From IMG/VR virus record IMGVR_UViG_3300028591_003737, positions 96,001 through 160,000 of that record: a DNA stretch of 64,000 bases; one strand, given 5' to 3'. The notes beneath the pieces are model-generated. The model worked only from the letters and a program-made list of their open reading frames with translations. It made no database searches and was not told the DNA's origin. Every line of letters begins with the position of its first letter. Position 1 is the stretch's first letter. The stretch comes from a virus. Lineage: Duplodnaviria; Caudoviricetes. The translations under genes were made by a program, and so were the position numbers. Positions 29,978 through 40,385 of the stretch are shown here, piece by piece.

Positions 29978-32900
29978 ATGGCTAATTCAAATGTAAATAT
30001 TGCTAATAAATTATATGCATATATTAAACATGGTGTTGATATATCTCCTGAGATAAAGCAGATATATAACAATTCTATGATTTTTATTGGCGATGAACAA
30101 CAGATTTATGTACCAGTAATGGATACATATGTTGGTATCGGTATGACTGCATATAATGCAACAATTAACAGAATTGCATCAGTTGAAGAACAATTAAGAC
30201 AATTAGCTGAAAACCTTGCTACAGACCTTGTTACCAAGATCTATGCTGACTACTCTTTAACAGAACTTTCTAAGGGTGGTATGATCGAAGGTGGTCTTCC
30301 AGAAGGTTTTAGTGATGATTCTTGGTCATTAAATAATGATATCACTATTAAAGGTATCAATGATTATAACCCAGAAACTCATTATGCTCGTAGAATAGTT
30401 AATGGAGAAATAATTACTTTAACAGATGCTAATGGTGTTAGTGCTCAATTAGTAAATAATGGTAATACTTATGTTGGTGTTGCTCCTTATTCACAAGAAC
30501 CAGGTGTTGAAACATTTGTAAATGCTAGTTCTGGTATTACAATTACTCCACACTGGGGAGATAAAGTAAGAACAACTAACCCTGTTACTGGTCAAGTATT
30601 TGAAAAACGTACTGGTAACTATATCACTATTGATGATAAACTTACATGGAGCTACATGACAAGTGCTTATTCATACTCATTAGCATTTGCTCAGAATTAT
30701 ACAGCTTCTGAAATTGATAGAGTTTATCATAATCTTCTTGGTGAAAGTGAAGTTACTTATAATCCTGTTTCATTCAGATCATTTGTTGATGATGTAACTG
30801 AAGAATTTTCAGCATACACAGAAGGTTTAACAACTGATTTTATTAATCAATATAATGCATCTCACCCTGATACTTGGGTAGTATTACATGATAGTGGTAC
30901 TGTTGATAGTGAAAATAAACCTATTTATGATGGTGCTTATCGTATTGATAGAAAGAATATATATGTTGCTACATATACTGGTAATGATATTCTTCTTGGA
31001 GATAAGGTATACTTTGAAACAACTTATGCTCAAATTGCAAATGTATTAAGTGGTTCAGGTACATCATTTACACCAGCAACTGGAACTTCTTATGTATTAT
31101 ATGATAATGCTGAAGTTTTAGGTGTAACTTCTAATTTCTATCAGTTATATGAAAGAAGTGAACAGTATAATTCATCATATAACATGAATATTAAAGATGG
31201 TATTGAAACTCTTAAAGAAGTTGCTTACTTACTTGATGTTCTTACAGATGGTACACTTGGTGAAACAACATATTTAACATATGGTGAATGGAAAACTACA
31301 GATGCTTTAAAGGATCTTACATTTACAGATGAAGATGGTGATGGTGTTTATACAGGAACCGTTAATGATGTAACATATACTAAAGTATATAAAGGAACTG
31401 CTCCTAATGATAATGAGACATATGCTTTCTATACAGTAATGAATCCAGAAAATCTTGGTATTCAGATGGCTTATTCAATTGCTGGTAATAAGAAAGATAT
31501 TGAAGATTTACATAAGCATGCTGAATTATTAGAAAAAGGTGAAACTACTCTTAGAAGTATTCAATCAACTAATTCACAATTTGCTAATGTAACTTTACTT
31601 GGTGGTACAAAACATTGGACAAATACTGATACTAATCAAGGTGAAGCTAATTTCAATGATGAAGATGGTGATGGTCATAAAATTCATCCAAATCATGATG
31701 TAGATGAACATGCTAGACAAGAAAATTCATATCTTGTTGGTGATGTAAATATTAAAGTTACATTAAATACATCATTAACATATGCAACTGTTCATACTAC
31801 TGATGGTACAACAAATCCTCCATTTACTGATGAGGCTGGTGTTGAATGGCATGGTTTCTATACAGCTGCTGATATGGATGCAATAGATACAGCACATGCT
31901 ACTTATTATACTATTTCAGGTGGTGCTGGTACTTTACAAAGTCCTTATGAATTCCAACCAATAAGTGCTGCAGCTATTGCTGAAGCTCATACAAATGATT
32001 CTAGATATCAGACAGAACAGTATTATTGGGTTCCTGGTGGAATATATAATGAAGAAACTAATCCTGATGGTCTTGCTAAGAATAGTGTTACAGAAAATGC
32101 AGTATTCACAAAAATTAAAGTTAAAGATTTATTAGCTTTAGGTGATGCTGATGATGTTAAAGATACTGGATTTACAAAGAGTGCAATTACAGAATTCTTT
32201 ACTTGGGATGAAGGAAATGATAGATGGTCTAGTTTCGTCGATAATCAGGGTGGTAAAACTGCTATTTCAAAACTTATTGAGCAAGTAAATGCAGATGGTA
32301 TTGATGTTAATGATTATGTTGCATTTATTTCTAAATATGATCAAACAGTTATTCATACTGTTAATGATGAAAATAAACTTGCTACAACTGAATGGACAGA
32401 AGTTTATGTAAATTCAAAGGTTGGTGAAATTGCTGATGATCTTGAAAATATTCTTGAAGAAGCAAAGAAATATACTGATGATGAAATTGCTAAACTTGAT
32501 AATGAATATATTTATTCAGATTTCAGTACATATTGGTCATATTATGTAAGCTTAAATGTTGCTACAAATCCTAATTTAGGTGTAGAAGGTACTCCTGAAT
32601 ATGTAGAAGCATATAATAGAGAATATGCAGCATTTGTTTCTAATGATAGTACAAGAGTATTTGATAGTTCATATGAAGAATCAAATCCTGGTGAAGTAAA
32701 TCCTTATAGATTAAGTTATATTACTAATTCTCAATATACATATAATATTATTGAAAAGGATGGTATTGTAACAGCTGCTTCTAGAGAACTTCCTACAGAT
32801 ACTCTTAGAGTAAATGCTTATGTTTGGGGTTCAGAACAAAGTTCAACAAGAATTCAATATGCTGATATTGAAAATCTTGAAATACAAGCTCCATTATTAG

Positions 32901-33973
32901 ATGCTCTTTATGCTTGGAAAGATGCTAATCAAGATAATCAGATCTTTGTAATGGTTAATGATGATAATACTTGGGAACCAGTTCCTACAAATACTGATTT
33001 ATCAGGTATAGATAATTTTGGTAATTATAGAGTTAAACTTGATGATGGTAGTTTTGCTGCTGTTGAAGGTGCAGAATATTCAGTTATTCCAAGTATTTAT
33101 GCTAATACAAATGATATTAGATGGAAACCTCTTTATAAGAAAGTTCCTAAATATCTTGAATTAAATTTACAAGATGCTGTAGTTGGTGATAAGACTAATT
33201 CTATCACTATTACAAAAGATGGTGTTGTATTTACATTAACTAAGAGAAAGAGTGGTGACAATGTAGGTAAGATAGTAGTTACAAGTAGTGTTGAAGGTTA
33301 TGTTTATTCAGATAATATTCTTAAACATATTTCATCTAAACCAGCTGATTCTACTAAATATTTATCTGTTGAAAATAAACACTTCTCATATGTAGATAAT
33401 GGTCATGGTGAAAATCAGTTTGAAGTAACTGCTCATATTACAAAACTTGAAGATGCTACTCCTACAAATACAGGTTTTGCTGATGCATATGATGTAAGAT
33501 CATTTATTGAAAATATGTTCAGATGGGTTGATATTTCAGCTACAATTTCTGCTGATACTATTAGTCATAGAGATGTATTCTTTAAGAATACTAATCTTGA
33601 AGATGTTCCTAATGGAGCTACATTATATAGCAGAAGTGAAGCTAGCAATGTTGTTACATTCACAGAAGTTAACAATCCTGTATATGGTTGGTTCTGGCTT
33701 GATGATAATAAATTTGCTGGTACTGCAACAGGCGATAGTTTATACACTAATGATATGCCTTCAGGAATTACTATTGGTACTCATATTAAGTGTGCTGTTG
33801 AAGGCTCTGAAACAACATTCTATCTTGTTAAGAGATTCTGTGGTAATAGTGCTAATCCAGCAGTTGGTGATCCATTCTCAACAACTTATAACTATTACAT
33901 CAATATTGAAACAGCTAAGACTAATCCTCTTAATCTTAATGAAACTCTTTATGGCGCACCTGTACAGGGTTAA
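29978..33973 (+). CDS. Long tail fibre-like protein
   Basis: 1331 aa; IFIGDEQQIY, DGIETLKEVAY, LEEAKKYTDDEI fibre-type motifs; late motif at 29918-29931. Confidence 0.65.
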   Translation: MANSNVNIANKLYAYIKHGVDISPEIKQIYNNSMIFIGDEQQIYVPVMDTYVGIGMTAYNATINRIASVEEQLRQLAENLATDLVTKIYADYSLTELSKGGMIEGGLPEGFSDDSWSLNNDITIKGINDYNPETHYARRIVNGEIITLTDANGVSAQLVNNGNTYVGVAPYSQEPGVETFVNASSGITITPHWGDKVRTTNPVTGQVFEKRTGNYITIDDKLTWSYMTSAYSYSLAFAQNYTASEIDRVYHNLLGESEVTYNPVSFRSFVDDVTEEFSAYTEGLTTDFINQYNASHPDTWVVLHDSGTVDSENKPIYDGAYRIDRKNIYVATYTGNDILLGDKVYFETTYAQIANVLSGSGTSFTPATGTSYVLYDNAEVLGVTSNFYQLYERSEQYNSSYNMNIKDGIETLKEVAYLLDVLTDGTLGETTYLTYGEWKTTDALKDLTFTDEDGDGVYTGTVNDVTYTKVYKGTAPNDNETYAFYTVMNPENLGIQMAYSIAGNKKDIEDLHKHAELLEKGETTLRSIQSTNSQFANVTLLGGTKHWTNTDTNQGEANFNDEDGDGHKIHPNHDVDEHARQENSYLVGDVNIKVTLNTSLTYATVHTTDGTTNPPFTDEAGVEWHGFYTAADMDAIDTAHATYYTISGGAGTLQSPYEFQPISAAAIAEAHTNDSRYQTEQYYWVPGGIYNEETNPDGLAKNSVTENAVFTKIKVKDLLALGDADDVKDTGFTKSAITEFFTWDEGNDRWSSFVDNQGGKTAISKLIEQVNADGIDVNDYVAFISKYDQTVIHTVNDENKLATTEWTEVYVNSKVGEIADDLENILEEAKKYTDDEIAKLDNEYIYSDFSTYWSYYVSLNVATNPNLGVEGTPEYVEAYNREYAAFVSNDSTRVFDSSYEESNPGEVNPYRLSYITNSQYTYNIIEKDGIVTAASRELPTDTLRVNAYVWGSEQSSTRIQYADIENLEIQAPLLDALYAWKDANQDNQIFVMVNDDNTWEPVPTNTDLSGIDNFGNYRVKLDDGSFAAVEGAEYSVIPSIYANTNDIRWKPLYKKVPKYLELNLQDAVVGDKTNSITITKDGVVFTLTKRKSGDNVGKIVVTSSVEGYVYSDNILKHISSKPADSTKYLSVENKHFSYVDNGHGENQFEVTAHITKLEDATPTNTGFADAYDVRSFIENMFRWVDISATISADTISHRDVFFKNTNLEDVPNGATLYSRSEASNVVTFTEVNNPVYGWFWLDDNKFAGTATGDSLYTNDMPSGITIGTHIKCAVEGSETTFYLVKRFCGNSANPAVGDPFSTTYNYYINIETAKTNPLNLNETLYGAPVQG

Positions 33974-33995
33974 CCATAATAAAGTATACATAAAT

Positions 33996-34030
33996 AAAAA
34001 AGAGAGCTTTTTAAAAAGCTCTCTTTTTTT
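33996..34030. terminator. Bidirectional intrinsic terminator
   Basis: aaaaaagagagctttt / aaaagctctcttttttt between convergent genes. Confidence 0.85.
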
Positions 34031-34044
34031 ATATTTAAAATTAA

Positions 34045-34818
34045 TTAAAGATTAATAAATTTTGATTCTTCAGGAATTTCTTCTTTATTTTCTTCAGAAG
34101 GTCCAACTAAAACTCCATTCTTTACTGCTTCATTTAATGATTCAATTGATTTATCTTCAATTTCATCCTTTGAATTTTCCTTTTCATCTACTTCTTCTTC
34201 CTCTTTATAATCATTATCATCTGGAAGATTTTCAACATATTCATCATTTGCTTTATCTTCTGGATTATCTAGTTCATCATCTTCTAAAATAAGTTTCTTC
34301 TCACCATCTTCTTCTGGTTCATCTTCTTCATCAGGAAGATCTTCAACATATTCTATTTCCTCTTCAAGTTCATCTTTTCTATTTAAGAAACCAGTTACCA
34401 TACTTGTAAGAAGAAGTGCAACAATAGGAAGAATAGCACCTTGAATATAAGAAAGAATTACATTTGCTTCAGCATCTGGAAGTTGAGTCCATATAAATAA
34501 TGGTTCTTTAAAGAATTTAAGATTATCACCAGCATTAAGAAGTAAATATTTATAACAATTATATACATTACCCATTACTTGAACTAATGTGAGTATTGTC
34601 ATAAGTACCCAAGGCATTACTTTCTTTTGTTGAGTTTTATCTGTCAATATACTGAATAATACTGCTGCTTGACCTACTTCAAAAGCTACTGCAAGCATAA
34701 TAGCAAGTATAGGAGTATTAGCAAGACCAAAGAAAGCAAATCCATGAATACCAGATACTAATGCTACAAATACATAAAGTAATAAGAAAAGTATTATGTA
34801 AATTTTTTTATTTTTCAT
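34045..34818 (-). CDS. Membrane protein (about 4 TM helices) with acidic C-terminal tail
   Basis: Hydrophobic segments followed by an E/D-rich tail; late motif at 34844-34857. Confidence 0.75.
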   Translation of the reverse strand: MKNKKIYIILFLLLYVFVALVSGIHGFAFFGLANTPILAIMLAVAFEVGQAAVLFSILTDKTQQKKVMPWVLMTILTLVQVMGNVYNCYKYLLLNAGDNLKFFKEPLFIWTQLPDAEANVILSYIQGAILPIVALLLTSMVTGFLNRKDELEEEIEYVEDLPDEEDEPEEDGEKKLILEDDELDNPEDKANDEYVENLPDDNDYKEEEEVDEKENSKDEIEDKSIESLNEAVKNGVLVGPSEENKEEIPEESKFINL

Positions 34819-34857
34819 ATCGATATTTTATATATTTACCTTTAGATTAAAAATAAA

Positions 34858-34891
34858 AATAAAGGCCTACTTTTTAAAATAGACCTTTATT
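34858..34891 (-). terminator. Intrinsic terminator
   Basis: aataaaggccta / tagacctttatt imperfect stem. Confidence 0.6.
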
Positions 34892-34909
34892 CTTTAAAAA
34901 TTCAATATC

Positions 34910-35437
34910 TTATTCTTGTGTGAATTCAGTTAATTCTGAATTATATTTAAGACTTACAGGATATTTATTTATTTCACTTGAATCAAGTTTTGATAGAACT
35001 TCATTAAGAACATTCTTTGGTTCATCATCATTCTTATCAAGAAGTTCAAACTCATCAAAAAGAATAATATACTTCAAATTTGTTAATTTGAACATATCAA
35101 TCTTTTCATCTTTTACTCTATCATCATAATATGGATCCCATTTTAAATTAATCTGTTCATCTTCATAAGTATCTGAAGAATGTTCAAATTTCTCATATTC
35201 AAAATATGCATCATTTATATAATCCTTATTCTTACCAAGAAGATTTTGATATTTAGTATTTTCTGAAGGAAGTTCTTTAAGAAGAACATCTCCAAGATAA
35301 ATTTGAATATCACTTTCAGAATAAATTTCTGGACCAGTGAGAGTAAAAACCTGTGGATTTATATCAAAAACTGCCTTAACATTAGTTAAGTGGATTTTCT
35401 CATAAGATTCTTTAATATAATTAACTAAATTCTTCAT
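34910..35437 (-). CDS. Hypothetical protein with CTS-like leader
   Basis: Starts MKNLVNYIKE; directly follows the sigma gene. Confidence 0.75.
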   Translation of the reverse strand: MKNLVNYIKESYEKIHLTNVKAVFDINPQVFTLTGPEIYSESDIQIYLGDVLLKELPSENTKYQNLLGKNKDYINDAYFEYEKFEHSSDTYEDEQINLKWDPYYDDRVKDEKIDMFKLTNLKYIILFDEFELLDKNDDEPKNVLNEVLSKLDSSEINKYPVSLKYNSELTEFTQE

Positions 35438-36669
35438 TATTCATCACCATCGATATTATTAAGACCAAACATCTTATCTTCCATTATTCTGGTTGAAAGA
35501 TAGATTGGTTCTCCATCATCTTCATATTCATCTTCATCATGCTTTGCTTCTTGCATAAGTTCAAAGATGTCTACGAATTTCTGGAACATTTTTTTATCTT
35601 TCTTGATAAAGTTGATAACTTTAGCAATTTCTGCTGTAATTGAAGATGGTGAACTATAACCATACTTCTTAGCCATTTCTTTACCAGAAAGCTTCTTTTC
35701 TCCATTTTCAAGACCAAAACCAAAGTGGTTCTTAAAGATATCCATAGTCTTTTCACCGAACTTATCTTCAAGAGCCTTAAGAATTTGTGACCAAAGGTCT
35801 TCAATTTCCTGACGGTCAATATTCTTACCAGGATTTTCCATTCCACCTACAAGGTCGAATAATGTCTTACCTTCTTCACCATCCTTTCCACCAAGATGAC
35901 GGTCACCAGATACTGAATTAGATTTAGCGATATAACCTTTCTCTTCCTTTTCTTTCTTTTGTCTTGAAATAGGAATACGTACAAGATGTGAGAAATTCTT
36001 TGTTGCTTCAAGAATTTCTACACGAATCATTTGTGCAGCATACTGAAGGAAAGTATATGACTTATACTTAGAAATATCAATTTCTTCACCAGTCAATTCT
36101 TCCTTCTTTTTCTGTTTATTACTCTTCTTTCCATAAGTGTCCATTGCATAGACAAGTCCCTTCATACCAAAGGCATAAATATCATCTCTATCGAATGAAG
36201 TCTTACCAAGCCAAGAATTAGTAATCTTATGTACAAGAGGTTCATACTTCTTTACAATTTCAGTTCTACCCTTCTCTGTAGTAAGGTCCATGATAATTTC
36301 ATCAGGAGAAGCAGTCTTATCAATAATTGAATCAAACTGTTCTTTTGTCATAAGAGTAGGGATTTCAAGTATACGACCACTTGAATATATTTTACTGATG
36401 TTACTATATAATGATTTAAGAGATGCTTCCTTTGGAAGTCCCTTATTGAAGAAATCAACAATAGCATTATCAGTATCTCCTGTAGAAAGATCTTTAATAT
36501 ATGTCTTATTGTTATCAATTAACCATTTACATACTTCTTTTGCTTCAGGAGAAATAAATTTATCAGCAATTTCAAGATACTTGTTAAGCTGATCAACTGT
36601 TAAATAATTAACTGAATCCTCTTGGATTTCAATTGTTTTTGCTTCGAATAACTGCGAAAATCTCTTCAT
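35437..36669 (-). CDS. Phage RNA polymerase sigma70-family factor
   Basis: Region 2 YEPLVHKI...GMKGLVYAMDTY...TFLQYAAQMIR, LVRIP, and region 4 HTH FGFG...LSGKEMAKKYG. Confidence 0.88.
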   Translation of the reverse strand: MKRFSQLFEAKTIEIQEDSVNYLTVDQLNKYLEIADKFISPEAKEVCKWLIDNNKTYIKDLSTGDTDNAIVDFFNKGLPKEASLKSLYSNISKIYSSGRILEIPTLMTKEQFDSIIDKTASPDEIIMDLTTEKGRTEIVKKYEPLVHKITNSWLGKTSFDRDDIYAFGMKGLVYAMDTYGKKSNKQKKKEELTGEEIDISKYKSYTFLQYAAQMIRVEILEATKNFSHLVRIPISRQKKEKEEKGYIAKSNSVSGDRHLGGKDGEEGKTLFDLVGGMENPGKNIDRQEIEDLWSQILKALEDKFGEKTMDIFKNHFGFGLENGEKKLSGKEMAKKYGYSSPSSITAEIAKVINFIKKDKKMFQKFVDIFELMQEAKHDEDEYEDDGEPIYLSTRIMEDKMFGLNNIDGDE

Positions 36670-36713
36670 ATTATATGTTTAATTAAACTTATTTGTTAGC
36701 ATACTTCAGATAA

Positions 36714-36813
36714 AACATAGAATAAATTTTCAAAAATTCAATATTTTTTACTAAAAAAATTAAAATATTGAAATATAAATTCCAAGTTATCTATATTTAT
36801 ATATAAAAATAAA
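36714..36813. promoter_or_regulatory. Divergent control region with early- and late-type motifs
   Basis: Minus strand: TTGAAT-N16-TATGTT (36714-36741) and TTTATTTTTATATA (36800-36813). Plus strand: TTGAAA-N18-TATATT (36768-36797). Confidence 0.6.
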
Positions 36814-36830
36814 AGTTTTATATCATAGTT

Positions 36831-37367
36831 ATGTCTTTATTTAAATGGTCTTACCAACATTCTCTATTAGGAAGGACTATTAATATGGTATCAGATTATA
36901 TATATTTCAAAAGAGATAAAAAAATAGTATCTGATACTTTATATGGTGATGCTTTTAAAGTTGTAATTAGAAAATATTTAAAGACAACTCTTAAAAAGGA
37001 TTGGATTGGACGTTTATATGGTGTTGTTAATCCTAATCTTGATGAAAATGGTAAATACGATTTCAATAGTGTAATTATTGAAATTGATGGAGATAATACA
37101 AATAATAATGAATATGTAAAGAATTGGGTTTACAGACAAATGCAATTAATTGCTTCATTATTTAAAATTGAAAAATTATATGATTATATTGATATAGACT
37201 TCAAACATGTAGGTCCTGAAAATCAAGATAATTATTTAGTTATATTCGATATAGTTTCAAGACAAAGTTTCGTTGATAGTGTAAAAAAGTTTTTCCGTCA
37301 TATTTTATTTGATGGTGGTCTTACTGCAATAATACTAATAATTTTGAAACTTTTATTAATTATATAA
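36831..37367 (+). CDS. Hypothetical protein with C-terminal membrane anchor
   Basis: 178 aa ending GGLTAIILIILKLLLII. Confidence 0.75.
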   Translation: MSLFKWSYQHSLLGRTINMVSDYIYFKRDKKIVSDTLYGDAFKVVIRKYLKTTLKKDWIGRLYGVVNPNLDENGKYDFNSVIIEIDGDNTNNNEYVKNWVYRQMQLIASLFKIEKLYDYIDIDFKHVGPENQDNYLVIFDIVSRQSFVDSVKKFFRHILFDGGLTAIILIILKLLLII

Positions 37368-37387
37368 AAATATTTTTAACGTTAAAA

Positions 37388-37891
37388 ATGGATGTACTTG
37401 AAAAGAAAAAGCAATTAGCTGAGTACGAGAAGAGTTTAAAGAGTTTAACTCTTGATGAGCTTAAAGCAAAGGAACAGGAAATTATCAAAGAAGCTGATGA
37501 GAATGATAAAGCTATCGCTTCTAAGGAATTCAAACTTCCTGGTGAAAATTATAAGGTAGTTGCAAATGGAATCAGAAACATTCTTAATAAGCAGAGTGTT
37601 GAATGGAGATTTACTCTTGGTATGGTTTCAATGTATGAATTCTGGGATCCTGAAAATTTCCCTGGAAATGTAGGTTATCCTATGCTTGATGCAACACTTC
37701 GTACAATTGGTGAAATGAAATTCACCGGTTATGAAGAGTGGGCAGCAGTAGTAGCAATTAATAAGTATTTTGAAACACTTCATAAAGAATATGAAGAAGC
37801 TACAGAAAAGATTTATGATATTGCTTCTAAGCATAATGCTATCGTAGATGAAATTACTCTTCGTGAGCCAGTTAAAGCACAAGCTGAATAA
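37388..37891 (+). CDS. Hypothetical coiled-coil protein
   Basis: 167 aa. Confidence 0.8.
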   Translation: MDVLEKKKQLAEYEKSLKSLTLDELKAKEQEIIKEADENDKAIASKEFKLPGENYKVVANGIRNILNKQSVEWRFTLGMVSMYEFWDPENFPGNVGYPMLDATLRTIGEMKFTGYEEWAAVVAINKYFETLHKEYEEATEKIYDIASKHNAIVDEITLREPVKAQAE

Positions 37892-37923
37892 TTTAGTTTA
37901 GCCAAGTTTATATTTTAGTATTT

Positions 37924-37960
37924 CCTTTATTGGAGAGTAAAATCTTCAATAAAGGTTTTT
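37924..37960 (+). terminator. Intrinsic terminator
   Basis: cctttattggaga / tcttcaataaagg followed by a T run. Confidence 0.75.
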
Positions 37961-38034
37961 ATTTAGTCCCAGATTTAATCTAAAACTATTAACCATATAC
38001 TAATATATTTTTTTAGTTAAAGCGCTCCAGAATT

Positions 38035-38074
38035 AAAAAGAGCTATCAAGGATTTAAAATCTTTGATAGCTTTT
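38035..38074 (-). terminator. Intrinsic terminator
   Basis: agctatcaagga / tctttgatagct stem. Confidence 0.75.
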
Positions 38075-38078
38075 AAAT

Positions 38079-38285
38079 TTAAATTCCATATATTTTAGGT
38101 AATCTGTCTAAAGTCTCTTTTAAATTAGAACCAGGATAAATATACCTGTCATTCCAACCATTATATTGTATAAACCATTTTAAATGTATTATACAATTTT
38201 GTGAATTAGCAATATCAATACATTGTTGAATATCTTCATCAGATGGATGACCATTACTTATAAATTCTTTTACAGGAGTTATCAT
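38079..38285 (-). CDS. Hypothetical protein
   Basis: 68 aa, overlapping the helicase stop codon. Confidence 0.7.
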   Translation of the reverse strand: MITPVKEFISNGHPSDEDIQQCIDIANSQNCIIHLKWFIQYNGWNDRYIYPGSNLKETLDRLPKIYGI

Positions 38286-40087
38286 ATATTCTTTACAACT
38301 ATTTTATAATCATATTTATTTTCTTTATAAATCTTTACTTTTTCAAGTCCTTGACGATATATAGATTTATTACATATATCATCATCAAAACAATCTATAA
38401 AATCATAAACTATATATTTATCTTTAAGTTTACTAAGACCAAGTCCACGACCAAGAGATTGCATATTAATTGTACCTGATTTGAAACTTTCAAAAAGTAC
38501 ACCAAAACAAAGATTAGAAAGAGTAATACCAGTTCCTATACAACCATAAGAAGCTACAAGAATACAATTATTATTTTCTTTAAGGGTCTTTTTAATTTGG
38601 TCTCTTTCTTTAGATTTTGTCTTACCATGAATTATACATACAATTTTATCTGGCATTCTTTTCTTTATTTCTTCAGCAACATATACAAGATATTCTGTAT
38701 GATGAGCAAGAACAAGAGTATTATATGGACAAATACTAAGAATATCATTACATAGAATATCAATTCTTTCATTCATAAAATGTACCATCATTTTCTCAAT
38801 CATAAGACTATTTGCTCCTGTTGAGGCTTTTATCTGTTCTTGAAGAAAATCAATATATTTCATATCCTTTTGTTCTTTACTTAAATTAGGATCATGATAT
38901 ATCTGATTTTTAACCATTAAAATACCATAAGGAAATTGTTTCTCATACTGTATAAGAAATTCTGGATTTTTAAGTAATACTTTATCTTTCTTTTTTGAAT
39001 TCTTTTTATTTGGTACTTCTACAAAAGGAGAAAGACAATATTCAGCACAACGAATAAATAATTCTTTTTGTTTTTCAAAATTCTTATAATTTATTCTATA
39101 CTGATAAATTTCAATATCAGAAATATATCCAGCATCCATCAACTCTCTTGGTTTAATTTCTTGTATCTTTGCACCAATAAGAGCATGAAGACAATAATGT
39201 TCAATTGTCTTTTCTTTAGGAAGTGTACCAGTCATACCAAAAGCAATCTTTACTTTATTCATGAATGGTTGAGAGATAATATTCTTAATCTGTGCTGCTG
39301 TCGCACGATGAACTTCATCTACAAATACACAATCATAATCATCAAAGAAACGAGGATTATATTTCTTATTTCCTCTTTCAATATATCTGATAAGACTTTG
39401 GAATGTACCAACTGTAAGATTTGCTGACTCAACTAATTTACCACCAGACCAAATGCATTCTGTTTTAAAAAATTCAGCATACTCATTAAAATCATCAAAT
39501 GCTTGTTTAACAAGATCAACAGAAGGAACAATCATAAGTATTTTCTTGACACCAAGATATTCCATAGAATATCTGAATATCATATATGAAATAAGAGTTT
39601 TACCAGCACGAGTTGCAAGTTGTGAAAGAGATTTATTCCATTCAATTATTTTATATGCAGCTTCATATTGATATGGTCTAGGTTCAAGAGAAAGATTCCA
39701 AGATTTAACTATTTCTTTGAATTCATCAAATGTATGAATCATTTTACGTTTAAATCTTGAAGGCTCTAGACCATCATAAGGAATATTGTTCTTTTTAAGA
39801 AATTTATATATATCTTGCCAAAGCCCAATACTACACCAAAGAATTTTCTGTCCACTTGGTTGGACATAATCAAATATAAAATCTTGTGTAAATCTTGGTC
39901 CAGTAAATGTTGGAAGATAACAAATAGGATCTACAAGATTTATATGATTTTTTAATTCTTCAAATACATGTTTACGAAAATATTTCTTTACAGATTTATC
40001 AAAAACCTGCATATATTCATCTTCTGTCCAATCACATTTGAGAAATAAATATCTATTATCTTTATCTGAAAAAGTAAAATGTACCAT
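38282..40087 (-). CDS. uvsW: UvsW-like SF2 DNA helicase
   Basis: PRPYQ, ATRAGKT, DEVH, GMTGT, QSLGRGL, VYDFID. Confidence 0.88.
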   Translation of the reverse strand: MVHFTFSDKDNRYLFLKCDWTEDEYMQVFDKSVKKYFRKHVFEELKNHINLVDPICYLPTFTGPRFTQDFIFDYVQPSGQKILWCSIGLWQDIYKFLKKNNIPYDGLEPSRFKRKMIHTFDEFKEIVKSWNLSLEPRPYQYEAAYKIIEWNKSLSQLATRAGKTLISYMIFRYSMEYLGVKKILMIVPSVDLVKQAFDDFNEYAEFFKTECIWSGGKLVESANLTVGTFQSLIRYIERGNKKYNPRFFDDYDCVFVDEVHRATAAQIKNIISQPFMNKVKIAFGMTGTLPKEKTIEHYCLHALIGAKIQEIKPRELMDAGYISDIEIYQYRINYKNFEKQKELFIRCAEYCLSPFVEVPNKKNSKKKDKVLLKNPEFLIQYEKQFPYGILMVKNQIYHDPNLSKEQKDMKYIDFLQEQIKASTGANSLMIEKMMVHFMNERIDILCNDILSICPYNTLVLAHHTEYLVYVAEEIKKRMPDKIVCIIHGKTKSKERDQIKKTLKENNNCILVASYGCIGTGITLSNLCFGVLFESFKSGTINMQSLGRGLGLSKLKDKYIVYDFIDCFDDDICNKSIYRQGLEKVKIYKENKYDYKIVVKNI

Positions 40088-40219
40088 TTAATTTACTAAT
40101 AAATATCCAAATGAAATTAATAGTATTACAATACCAAAGATAATAACACACCAAATATCACTATCAATTTTCTTTAATTGATTTACTATTAAATTTATTT
40201 TTTCTTTAATCCATTTCAT
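40088..40219 (-). CDS. Small membrane protein (43 aa, not in track)
   Basis: MKWIKEKINL...WCVIIFGIVILLISFGYLLVN*; its stop abuts the helicase start. Confidence 0.65.
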   Translation of the reverse strand: MKWIKEKINLIVNQLKKIDSDIWCVIIFGIVILLISFGYLLVN

Positions 40220-40336
40220 AATTATAAAATAGTAAACTTAATAAATAAAATACAAATAAATTAGAGCGCTTAGAATAAGTGCAAAAGAATATAAATATAT
40301 AAGATTATATAATTTTTGTTAAACTATCCCAGAATT

Positions 40337-40377
40337 AAAAAGAGGCGCTAAATATTAAGTTTTTTTAGTGCCTCTTT
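40337..40377 (-). terminator. Intrinsic terminator
   Basis: aaagaggcgctaaa / tttagtgcctcttt stem. Confidence 0.75.
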
Positions 40378-40385
40378 AAAATCAA

